DNA of 63,452 nucleotides, the filler included, from Craspedostauros australis (Eukaryota): NCBI GenBank assembly GCA_030167865.1. It is 13 parts of 13 records of this genome, joined end to end, with 100 filler letters (N's around TTAATTAATTAA, not from the genome) between each part and the next. Parts side by side here need not be neighbours in the genome. Positions count along the whole stretch, not along the records: positions 34,608 to 37,826 come from JALAGF010001715.1; positions 37,927 to 39,011 come from JALAGF010001716.1; positions 39,112 to 43,031 come from JALAGF010001717.1; positions 43,132 to 50,180 come from JALAGF010001718.1; 9 more parts are not named here. The stretch is one strand, 5' to 3'. The notes beneath the pieces were generated by a model. The model searched no databases and was not told where the DNA came from. It saw only the letters and a list, made by a program, of their open reading frames with translations. This document shows, piece by piece, positions 34,608 to 46,850 of the stretch (positions are counted from its first letter, which is position 1; every line of letters starts with the position of its first letter). The position numbers and the translations under genes were made by a program.

Positions 34608-35732
34608 ATTGCAGACGATCCGAAGGAATCGCTTGAGTGTGTGCTTGATTCGATCGGACTTCGCTCTGTATCCTTCTGTGATTGTGGCTGTCGATGGTTG
34701 AGTGGATGGATCGAGTCCATGAGCAGCCGATCCTGAGGTGGATGTGCTCGTGAACGAAGACTGTTTGGTCAGAGATTGCTCACGAATGCCATGCAATGAT
34801 GTGCTCGCATCTCCATCGGCACTTGCGCTGACATCATCATCGCTAATTTCTTGGAGGTCGTGGTTCTTGTTCTGTCGATCTGCAATTGTATTGCTGGTGC
34901 TCTCGCCGACCATCATCTCAAGTAGACCTGGAATGATCTTGTACAGAGTTTTGCGCTCCCTCGACGACAGACGCCGAATCAACGATTGGTGCAATGTCAA
35001 GAATCTTCGCGGATCATCCACTGCCGCATCAGCAATACGAGTATCCTCCTGAGGCAATGCCATGATCTGCTCCACCAGCTGGCCCATCGCGTTCTTGATG
35101 CCCGCGTACGGTTCCTCCATCTGCTGNAGATCGAACTTGCCAGAAATGAAGAAGGCGAAGTTGTCGAGGCAGTGCTGCTTGTAGTGCATNGCGAGTGCGG
35201 ACTTGCCGCTTCCTGATGGTCCCGAGATGAAGCATACTGTCTTGAGACTTGTGCGATGGCGCTGCCCGCGACGTTGTTGTTTGTGATGCATTTCGTCTTC
35301 ACTGTTGTGTTTGGAGGTGAAGCTTTGACTGCTGGTGCTGGTGGTGATGCTGGTGCTATCCAGACTTCGCGTGCCTTGGGTGGCTCGCTTTCTGTTGAGC
35401 ATCTGGTTGATGGCATTGGACAGCACCCGTTTCTCCTTGTCCCGCCCAACGATTCCAGCGCGGTCGAACTTCAAAGAAGAGCTTTGCTGCTGGGCATCGG
35501 AGAGCCCGCTGCTGGTGAGCGAGTCTGTGTCTGACATGTTGGTCGATGGATCGTTGAGGCTCTTCGTGCTGCTCGTCCTGTTCTTGTGCAGCATGTTGGA
35601 CCGAGGTGTGTCGGCCAGCGGCACGCGAGATGATGTCGTTGTTGTCGTTGTCGTCATCGTTGTCATTGTCGTCATTGTTGGCGTTGTCGTCATCGTTGGC
35701 GTTGATGTCATTGCGATCGTCGATTCGGCCAT
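34608..35732 (-). CDS. N-terminal part of a STAND/AAA_16-type ATPase; partial
   Basis: IVGRDKEKRVL, Walker A ISGPSGSGKS, FISGKFD...EPYAG, LKRFLRIVC; T/S-rich N-terminus. Confidence 0.85.
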
Positions 35733-36617
35733 TGTGGATGTCCAAATTGCGGAACTGTCCTGTGGATGTCAACTTTGAGGTGTAAGTTCCGGTTTCAGTT
35801 TGTGATCTTTGTCTCTGTATGGGCGCAGGGGGTTGGATGTCGCATCTTCGGTTGCGATGTGCGAGGTGATGAACCAATTCGCATGCGCTCGTATCTCTTC
35901 TTTGCAAGAGGCAGCGGCAGTCGACGCCAGAGCCGCGAATGTGGCAATGTGGACTTGTCTTGTTTCTTCGGAAAATCGCTCTCTTTGACATTTGCGTCTG
36001 CTGCCCTGGCAGAACACCGAAGACCAACGCTCTTTCAGACGAGCACAATCGCACTACCTGCACAGAATGCAAAACGGTGTTGCGACAACCATACTGATTC
36101 TTGTTTCACGGTGTTCATTGTCCAAGTTGAAGTTAGTTGAAATTCAATCATGGACAGACTATCACCGGACACGGTGTCCATCTCCGACGGGAGAAATTCT
36201 CGTTTTTGGCGCGAAATATCCCGACTTGATCGACTACAAAATCTGTTCCCCTTTCTTTCTCTCCTCCATTCATGAATCCATCATGACTCAACATATGACC
36301 AACCTGACTCACATCTCACCTTTGGAACTATGCTTGTCAGGAATCGGGTGTTGTGAAATACCAAATTGCCGCACCCCCCAATACTGTGGAGTTGAGCATT
36401 GTGGAATGATACATTACCGCACCTTCCAAGAGTCAGGAGTCGAACGTTACGATATTGTGCATTACCGCGGCCCCCACGTTTGATCTTTGTGACAAAAATG
36501 TGAGCTGCACGTGTCTTGTGGCGGAGAACGCCACGTGCCGAATGCGAACCGGACTATGGTATCCGTGACCTCCATGCAGGAATGCGAATCATATGTGTAT
36601 GTCGCAGGGGGCAGGGA

Positions 36618-37236
36618 TGTTGGAATCATGACCAACATCACTATACACGCGACTACGGCCCCTATGTCGCAACCAATGAAAAAGAGTACTGGAGGAAGGC
36701 CAATGTCACAAAGCGTGAGATGGCCTGTGAACGAACCTGTTGATGACGAACTTCCAGGAAGCCGGTGGAGTGATCGGTGAAGTGATCGGAGAAACGACCA
36801 GAGAAGCATCGGAGATGATCGGAGATGTGTGATGATGAGGAGCTAAATGAGCTCCCATCCAGGGTGCTCCTGTGACAAATGGGAGATCGTGATCCGATCG
36901 AATGAACCAATCTGTGTGATGCCTGCAACTTGGCAATGTTTATGCCAATGAAACTATTGGTAGAGGGCAGGAGATGGAATATCTGAGATGCATGATGAGA
37001 TGCACCAATACTGCAAGACGAGATGTACATGGAGTACATGCTGCATGACATGATGAAGCAGGAGGACAGCACTGCATGAGCAAGGGCAAGACTGTGTGCT
37101 ACTGTGGANTATGTATGCTTTGGCAAATGGAATTGAAAGTGATGAAGATGTTGTACTCACAGTTCCAACAATGCAATAACATGAATAGGTAACCAGATAC
37201 GACTACTAGAGACTGGGGTACCCCAGATTTCCAACA
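36618..37236 (+). mobile_element. Probable LTR preceded by a polypurine tract
   Basis: AGGGGGCAGGGA then TGTTGGAA...TTCCAACA (8-bp inverted termini; alternative end at 37170); interior visibly TG/CA-rich. Confidence 0.55.
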
Positions 37237-39112
37237 CGTTTCAACTGTGTGATATCGTTTCTTCATCCCACTAAGACTACAAACAAACTCATACTACCAT
37301 AAGCCAAGACTAGTACAAACAGCACTACTCTACTCATCGTTACAGTATCATTTCTTCCACAAGTTCACTCCTCCTGAACTGCATTGCACGGTTAACCTGA
37401 AACCGGCAGTTCGCGAAGCTTTTCCACCGAATTGTGTCATCAACGGAGCACGAATTCCAACTGAGTTTCTTTTCACCCAACTTGGTAAATACCCTTTTCA
37501 TGACTTTTCACATGTCTGTCTTTCTGAATTTTTGATGAGTTGGCGGCTAATCCATAGACACATAGCTTTTGTCTGCGTTGGGTGGTAGGGTTACTAGCAC
37601 CTTCAAGCTTGCCTTGAATCATCCGGCTCGTTCCCTCCAGGCCAATTTCGTTTCAAGTCTCTGCCTCGGCTGTTCGCGTTGGTGTTGACTGATTCGATCT
37701 TGGTTGGAGGGAGAGCGCTGGAATCCCCCCTGGCAGAGGGAGAGTGGAGGTGGTTGTAAGGGTCATAATTTCATAATCTGGGCCTCTCGACCAATCATAT
37801 CGCTTCATTTAGGGCACAAGATACCTNNNNNNNNNNNNNNNNNNNNNNNNNNNNNNNNNNNNNNNNNNNNTTAATTAATTAANNNNNNNNNNNNNNNNNN
37901 NNNNNNNNNNNNNNNNNNNNNNNNNNAATTGGAGCAAACAGGTAAATGATGCACATATCTACGACTACGTAGGCATTAATTCCCTTCATTAGATGAAGTA
38001 CGTTCGTATGGACGAATTAATGACATAATGTTACAAGTATGACAAACATGGATGATGTGGCTTTTACTTTTCCTGTGTGATACAAGTAGTCTACACTGAT
38101 ACACTAGCCTTGGGGGCGATGCGAAATATATGTGTCCGTGGGATGTCGCATGGACATTTCGACGTTTTGAGTCGCTAAGAAACACAAAATAGGCTGGTTA
38201 GTGCAAATCGGCACTTCAAAAAGGCTGGTTAGTGAATTTCCTCCTTTCGGGTTTCAGCCTCTTGCTTCCGACTACATCGATCCAATTTAACCCTCTGCTG
38301 TTCTTTGTTTCAGCAACTGTGTTCCGATTTTGAATTGTTTAGTCTCTTTTTCAGGTGTTCGGATGAGGCCATCCAACAGTCCATCCACGATAGCACTAGT
38401 TGTAGAATGTTGGGGGAAGCGGCGAATGCGTGTTTACGTTGATGACACCATATGCGTGTCCAATCCGTCATCGACGTCACGAAATTGGATACTTCGTCAT
38501 GAAACACCAATGATATCACGATGCGCAACATCAGCAGGTCTGCTTCGTCGTGGCGAAGTGGTTGAGTGGGGTTGGTACTCCTCGAGTGTTTTGTGTCGTG
38601 GTCTTTTTGGATAGTCGGTACAATTGTTGGTAAATCTCCACATCCCCCAACATGTGAGGCTGGCCGAGAGTGGCAAACTCGACACACCAACATGGAAGTG
38701 GAGCAACACCAAANNNNNNNNNNNNNNNNNNNNNAACGGTATGCTTGGCGCCGCAACAACCAGCCGGCCAATTCAAGATCCAAGAACATCGCCGTCACCT
38801 CCACGCAACGTTTGGTGGGTGGACGAACGGAGGCGGGAAGAGGAGTTGATTTGGGGCCGTCGTAGGCCCCAGAAATACGATCACGATTTGGCCCCAAATC
38901 GGCTCGTTGGTTTTGGCCTGTGTATGGCACACACAGGCCATATCAGCGCCTACGGATACGCAAGACGCCTCAGGAAGGCCAAGACGAAGGCACCCTCGAA
39001 GTTTGAGGCTCNNNNNNNNNNNNNNNNNNNNNNNNNNNNNNNNNNNNNNNNNNNNTTAATTAATTAANNNNNNNNNNNNNNNNNNNNNNNNNNNNNNNNN
39101 NNNNNNNNNNNA

Positions 39113-42100
39113 GGCAAACCCCTCATCATCCAAAAGGGACTCTACGGCCTGAGGACATCAAGTGCGAGGTTTCACGAACACTTCGCGGACACCCTTCGAA
39201 CCATGGGATTCTTACCCTCCAAGGCCGACAATGACATCTACACCCGAGAAGCCGACGACCACTACGAGATGATCACTACATACGTGGATGACGTACTGNN
39301 NNNNNNNNNNNNNNNNNNNNNNNNNNNNNNNNNNNNNNNNNNNNNNNNNNNNNNNNNNNNNNNNNNNNNNNNNNNNNNNNNNNNNNNNNNNNNNNNNNNN
39401 NNNNNNNNNNNNNNNNNNNNNNNNNNNNNNNNNNNNNNNGGACTCTCGGCCCAGACATACATCGGGAACGTCATCAAACGAGTGGAGCAACTAGTAGGGA
39501 AGACAATCCTGAAGGCATCCACTCCCATGGTAGAGGCCTGTCACCCAGAAAGTGACACCTCGGACTTCACAGGCGCAGAGGACGCCAGGACTTACCGATC
39601 GATACTGGGTTGCCTCAATTGGGTCGTGACCCTCGGAAGGCTGGACATCCAATACGCCACGACCACGATGGCACGGTTCGCTATGGCACCAAGGGAAGGA
39701 CATCTCCTGACCATCCAACGTATCATCGGGTACCTCAAAGGTTGAGAAAGGGGAGCCATCCTTTGCGACCCCAACCCAGTGGACCACACGAACATCGACA
39801 CTACCCTCTCAAGCCATTGGAGAGAATTCTACCCCACTGCAGCAGAAGTCACCCCCGTATCAGTACCAACACCAAAAGGGAAACCGGTCCAAATCACGTG
39901 TTACGTGGACGCCGACCATGGCCATGACCAGGTCACATGGAAGTCCATGACGGGTGTGGTACTATTGATCAACAACACCATTGTCAAGACCATCTGCAAG
40001 CGACAGAACACAGTGGAGACATCCACCTACGGATCCGAATTGGTAGCAGCCAGGATAGCTACCGAGGCGGTCACAGGTCTGCGATACATGTTGAGAGATC
40101 TCGGAGTCCCCATCGACGGACCCGCAATCATGCTCGGAGACAACAAAGCAGTGGTACTCAATACCACGGTCCCATCCTCAACGTTGAAGAAGAAACACTG
40201 TTCATTGGCTTTCCACCAAATCCGGGAATGCATCGCCGCTGGAATCATCGTGTTCGCCCACATTGCGTCNNNNNNNNNNNNNNNNNNNNNNNNNNNNNNN
40301 NNNNNNNNNNNNNNNNNNNNNCACCACATCACGTCGAGAACGATATTCCGGAACTCAATCCATGAGTCCGGATACCACAACGAAACCATATCACAAGCCA
40401 TAACAAAGAGCAGGACGACCAGAGCAGAAGAGGACCCCGAGCTAATGGCCACGGAAACGCAAGAACCACCACCACCGAAGGAAGAACACACTATGAGTGT
40501 AAACATGGCGAGATATCAACAGACCTCCATGAAATACAGCCCGACATCGAAAACCCTTCGGCTAACCAGAACCCAACGAGAACCGAACCCCCTCGAAATG
40601 GCACAAAGGAAATCACCCAGAACCATCAAGCGCACCAAGAGCACACCGGCCTCGCCCAACCGCCAACAGACGCGAAATTCCAATGTCGTATACGACATGA
40701 CCAACAACCGTACCACGAATCAGAACCACGAGCCAGCCGGCGCGCCAACCGACAATTTCACGATCCGGCGTGGCGACACACCACCATCAGCCCTCACAGA
40801 CGAATTCAGCGCACTCTCAAGTATCAACCCCTCATGTGGAAGCGACGTCCTCTACTACCCAAGAGACATGCTGGAGACAGGGCCCATCATGCCGAGCAAC
40901 CAATCACACGTCGCCACATCGACCAAGTTCCGGAAACCGACACCTGGAACCAACATGCCAGCCATCCAAGAAGATAACTGTGAAACTTCCTTCCACACGG
41001 GCCTGACACCTCGGGCTTTCGTCACACCTGAGCACGAAACATACAGGTGTGACATGCTGATTGCTGATCTCCAGGAAGACTTGGCACGGAATGCGACCGC
41101 ATCCGCTCTTGCATTTCGCAACATGAACATGCCTTCCCCTCGAAAACGGAACCGCCACAATCAGGATCCCGGACACAACTTCACCCCGCGACAGACAAGA
41201 ACACCCACCATGACGTTCCCAAAGTACACCCCGTTCTACCAGGGCATTCATTGTCCCGTCCCCGGATCCAGGGTACTATATCCCGCAGGAAAGAAGGGAC
41301 CCTTCCAAGGAATCGTCGTCGGGTACAGTGGCCGTAGAGTCCGAATCTTCTGCACGAAGGGAAACGAGAACGCACCACCCGGCGAAATCACCCACGTAGA
41401 GAAACAATCCATCTACCCCCTCACCCTCTCCGAATACCTGGATAACAACCTCCAAACCACCGAGGTCCTCAGCATCGCCATTGCCGATGGCCAGTGCTTC
41501 TACCCCGCTCAGGACGGCGCATGGGGCGAACCACCCGACGAGTTCCGCGCAACCATGCGGAAGCTATCCATATGCCACTTCTTCAAGGTGAGGAAGAACC
41601 GGATCCCAATCATCCTCACACGCGCAAGGAAGGCACGAATGGTCCGGAAACAAAGCGACACCCTCGCTGTCAACCTCGCACGAGAGAAGAAAGCACTCGC
41701 GAACGAGCCTTTTCCCCCTACCGATGAGGATGAGATGGTCAATGGGATACCATCCCTCGAAGATTCCCGTCCCAGTCTCGAAGTGGGAGAGACACCAGAG
41801 AGCAGGTTCCTGGATGAGATCCCTGACGGATTCTTTGACAAAAAGATGACCGCAGAAGAAGCCAGCCGCCAGGAGTCTGAATCAGAGGTGTACCACGATG
41901 AAGACCAGGAACCGCAGGACCCAGGAAGTGTGATTGACGTGGAAGCAGAGATCGCAAGTGGAGCGGTGATCAGCCATCCCAGACCTCCCATCAGACGATC
42001 ATCACGACCATCACCGGCGTCCAAAATCTTGACCGCCACGCGAGATGGACAAGGGTATACCGACAAGGTACGCCCAAAGCCCATGATCCCAACCGACCAC

Positions 42101-42964
42101 TCCGTGGACAGCGCGTCCATCCCAGAGCCCGGCGACAGTGACGATTCTGGGTCCATCTTCCGACCAGAAGACAACCCAATCGACCGGAACCAATCATCGC
42201 GACGACCCAGCTCTGGAGCCAGCAGCAAGCAAAGCAATCGCCCCAAAAGAAAGGGGCTTTTCGACGAATCCGAGGACTCCACCATTTCCTCGGGAATGTC
42301 GGGAATCAAGACGATCAAACAGGTCAGGTCCGCCAAGAAAACCACGAGTGGGACCATCAACGCGAAGAGAGCCCCTACCACGGCCGCGGAGAATCCTCCC
42401 GAGGCAGCAGAGCCGATGCCTCCCATAACCCAGGATGAGCAACCAGAGGTCCCTACTCCACCGGAGGGACCAACCGATGATGACGTGCCGGTAGCAACCG
42501 CGTACCCGGCACCCGTGAATTACAATGAGTACGCGAACGCCAATACCCGCCAACTCCGTGCCTCGAACCATCCCCTACCAACGACTCCCGACACTCCGGA
42601 GACCAGCAATGCCAACAAGAGAGCCCGAACGGAGGCCCGACCAGCGATAGCATACCCGTCACCCCGACGTCTTCGATCCGGATATATCATGTCCAGCAAC
42701 CGAGGACCAACGATGATGCAACCATCCATCTTCCAGATGCCTCCCGACCCCACAGCTCAGATCAAGGCCGTCCTCCAAAACGACGAGAGAACACCTATGG
42801 TCATCCAAACCCTCGCCGATATCCTTTTCTGCGGAGGGCTCGACCATATCAACCAAGTTCAGCAGGTCAGCATCACCTCCTCGTTGAACAAGGCACTGGA
42901 AGCCATGCTCACCAACCGCCACCAAAGCCGCGGCTACTACGACAACGACGAACAGTCCGAATGA
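39113..42964 (+). mobile_element. Ty1/Copia pol fragment (RT + RNase H) with internal TGA and long in-frame C-terminal extension
   Basis: KGLYGLRTS, YVDD, YRSILGCLNW, CYVDADHGHD, ETSTYGSELVAARIATE, LGDNKAVV, LKKKH; in-frame TGA at 39743-39745; frame stays open to 42964. Confidence 0.92.
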
Positions 42965-43131
42965 AGCCCGCTCGCCGCCATCTTGGGCGGCGGAACAAAC
43001 CACACTACGATTAGCTTTCTTGCTTTCAGTCNNNNNNNNNNNNNNNNNNNNNNNNNNNNNNNNNNNNNNNNNNNNTTAATTAATTAANNNNNNNNNNNNN
43101 NNNNNNNNNNNNNNNNNNNNNNNNNNNNNNN

Positions 43132-44956
43132 CCCTTCTTCTGGAACTCCTCCGACACCCTCATGGTCATCTGCACTCCCGTCGGGAGCACGTCGAACTTC
43201 GTGGTTTCGATCTTCTCCGTCATGATGAAGTAGCAGTACGCGTTGTCGAGGACGTACAGGATCATCACGGTTCCAAACACGTACTGCGTGAAGCCACCGT
43301 TGGGCATCGCAGCCGGCTTGGTGTGGAAGCACAGGGCCACGCCGAAGAGGAGGAAGAGGTAGTGCAGGTTCTTGCGGATCTCGTACTTGATCTTCTGCCT
43401 GTACATGAACATGGGCGTGCAGATGAGGATGCAGCTGGTGATGATGAGGAAGCCGGTGAGGCCTGTGAAGTGATCGAAGACGAGGTTGAGGTTGCCTTGA
43501 TCTGCCCATCGGATGAGATGTGCCAGGGTGTGGCTGATACTGAAGATGAGGATGGTGTATCCACAGTACAGATGGAGCTCGTGGAGGTCACAGTCGAGGA
43601 ACATGGACACGGTGGTGCGTGCGAGGAAGCTGGTGATGGCTCTGAGCTTGCTGATGTACACCATGACGAGTGCTGTGAAGTGCGTGTGGGTGGGTGTGCG
43701 TGTGTTGGAATAGCCAAGCGGCAAAGTGGCAATGTGGTAACATGAGAAATGGAGGAGCGTGGTGTTTGATAATGGTGTGAGTTGCGAGTTGCGGTGAAAA
43801 CAGAGATACATACATGTGTGTCCAGGATGATGTTTGATGTATAATACAATGGTGATGGCACCATCTACATTGAGGATGAATCGAACTCACCTGGATACAT
43901 GAAGAACGCGCTGGATCGTGCCACGATGATGCAAAGGAGCTGGAAGAGGTTGCTCGCCACGATGGGACGTTCCACGCCGTTGACGAGGATGAGACCGCGG
44001 GCGGTGCGTTCGGCTGAGTCGGTGTCGATGACAACTCCGTTCTTGTACAATCCACCGAAGAGTGTCATGAGGTTGATGAAGACGACGAGGGAGATCTGGA
44101 TGATCTTCAATGTCTTGTGCTGCATGAGCTTCTGCTTGAATGCCTGGAATTGGTAGGCGCTGTTCGATGAGGAGTTGGAATCCGGCGGTGGTGGATTCTG
44201 AGATGGTGTCGCCTGCTGTTCTTGGCCGTACGCCAGCGTATGTTGGACTGTGCGATCCAACTCGTCCAAATCATGCGTTCGCAAGCTGAACTCGACGGGT
44301 TTGTGTTGTCCTTCCACATCGCTAATATCGAGATCAACGATGGTGACGCTTGTGGGAATCAGTCTGTCATGATCGTTGGACATATCGCATGATTCGAGCC
44401 GGCTCGCGAGGCGATGGGTTGTCCGATGGGAATGGGAGGTGACAGCATCGATGTCATCCTTCAGGGCTGCAATATGCGATCCCGGCTCCATGGGCTCCAT
44501 TCGGCGCATCGCTCTGTCGCGATCACCAGCTTCGTGAGTGTCCATCACGAACTCTGTGGTCGGGGACTCAGGAAAGTCGCCATTCTTCTTGAGCCGTTCC
44601 AACAGACCGAACGACGGGGGCATGGATTCCGCCGACCGGGTTGTCGCCTCTGTCAAGGCGTCTGGGCGAAGGATGGAATGTTGCATATGGTGTTTGCCCG
44701 TCGCGTTCGAAGCGGTGTGCGCCGAGGCTGTTGTGCGCACGTTTCGCTGAGAGTTGCTTTCTGATTTGGATGCGGGGCTCTTGGAGACGGTGGCTTGCGG
44801 CGGTTCCTTGTCAGAACGCGCCGCGTGTGCATCCACATGGAGGACGACGTTGCCTGCTGTGTCTGAGTTGATCATGGCATGCATTTGGGTATCGTCTTCT
44901 GCGATGTTGTCAGGTTGTGTGTTGCTCGTGTTGGAGAGTGAAGCAATCGACAACAT
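43132..44956 (-). CDS. NADPH oxidase / ferric reductase-like protein, N-terminal and transmembrane half (exons 44956-43891 and 43672-<43132)
   Basis: Heme-ligand His pairs LHELH...SHTLAH and LHYLF...CFH; a GTGAG...CACAG intron joins MYP-A-LVMVYISK in frame. Confidence 0.85.
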
Positions 44957-46850
44957 GACTTGGTGGTATGGTGCTGTGTGAAGGGACGGAGTGTGTTTGG
45001 GTTTGGTTGACGCGAGGGGCGGCCTGAATGTTCTACCAATTGTCCTGTCCTGTCCTGTCCTGTCCTGTGTTGTGATGTGTTGTGTTGGTGACGACAGAAG
45101 CAGTGCGTGCGTTGTCGAATGATGTTTGACGTTCTGTTTGGTTTTGTGGTCTCACGAGGTGTCTGTGGATGAGTTCATTTGAACTTGTTGCACTTCTGTC
45201 AGATGCGCGTGGTTGGCACGCGTTTCGCACAAGCAGTTAGGTTTGAGAGCAGCGATGATTAGGCTGTGAAGGCCCAGTTGCTCAGGTGTCTGTGTGTAGC
45301 AACACCGAGTGGGCTTCGTCCTTTGGAGCTGACGAAACGTTTTCGTTTTTGCCACACCACCATCTCTCAATGCCCCCAACAATGCTTCCACCATGTTGTG
45401 ACGAAGTTGATTCCTCCATTTGTTTCTTCTCATGTTCCACCTTGCCATTGGCCACTTCAGGATGAGGGGGCATTGATCATCCAAATCCGAATGATCGGAG
45501 TCGTGATGCTCCGTCGTCAGACATGGCCCAGCCTCTTGTCCGCCTTGGTAATACGTCTCAAAGAGGCTTTGGTTGCCGTTGACGTTGCGAAGAGGAGGTT
45601 GGTGCAGTCACCTTGTTGCCATACGACACGTCGTCCCTTTCGGTTGGACGGACCTCTCTTGTGGTATCTTCGATCCCCGCATCGCACAGAAAAGTGGCTG
45701 TCATCAAAACGAACATGGTAACACTAAAGTTCTTTGCAATAAATTCCAACTGACGACATCCGCCCAGACGAGCAACTTCTCCGTCGCGCAACCATCGGAA
45801 TTGACACAAGAGGTCTTGGCTTGAAGGATCAGAGGAAAAACCATTTCCATGTGCCTGTCGGAATGATCCTCCCTGTGTGGAGCTGCTTCAAAGAGAACAG
45901 AGCAGCGTTTTGGGCACTTCCGTCAAGCACCACACCAGTACAATCACAGGCATCTTGGTAGAAGGGACCTTCGTGTTCTCCTCACACTCTGTCCCGATTT
46001 TGCACGTTTCGCACACGATTGCACCCTGTCTCCACGATTACGATATTCCTCCTTCTCCATTCGATCGACCTCAACAAGGGACGTTGCACGGGTCGATGTC
46101 CCTCCTGATGTCCACAATAAATGCATCCATCAACGGTCATCACTCGCGCGTCTCATCATGGAGCTGATGCCTTTCCTTCCGCCATTCTTTCCCTCCAACG
46201 CAATCGTGCACTTGGAATTGCGTCGTCGTACGTGTGTGTGATGTGCCTCAGCGCATCAACGTACACAACAAGAGATACGCCAACAAATCCAGAACGAAAT
46301 GAACAACACGACAAAGCGTTGGACAAGCAGGGAACAGAACCACAAAAGGAACCAGAACGCCGTGTCTGTGCCAGCGCAAAATCGTGACACGTCGCGATAA
46401 CTTATAGTGGATTAATTCATATATCTACCGTAACCTCCAACGCCTCGTCGATTTTAGTCCATCTTGTCGACTATCCACGCGTCATCATGATGAAATACCT
46501 CCTCATGTAATTTCACATGGACAACCACAGTCCACTTTCATCCACCACTCCCAGTAGTATTTCCACTACTTTCAATCGTGGATAATTTCGAGACATATTT
46601 GAGGGAAATTCGACGTAGGGACTTTGATTTCAGTGCAAACGCGAACGACGGATGACGGCCACAAACGCAAAGCGGAACATCGCGACACCATCCCAACCTC
46701 TCTCTCTGCGTCTCTCTGTCTGTCTTCTCCATCCACACATCGGAGGCTGACGATCAGGCCACCCACCCACCCACCAACCGCGATGCAACGATCCACACCA
46801 ATGCCATTCCATCATCGTGAACAAACATACCCTAAGACAGGACGAGTACG

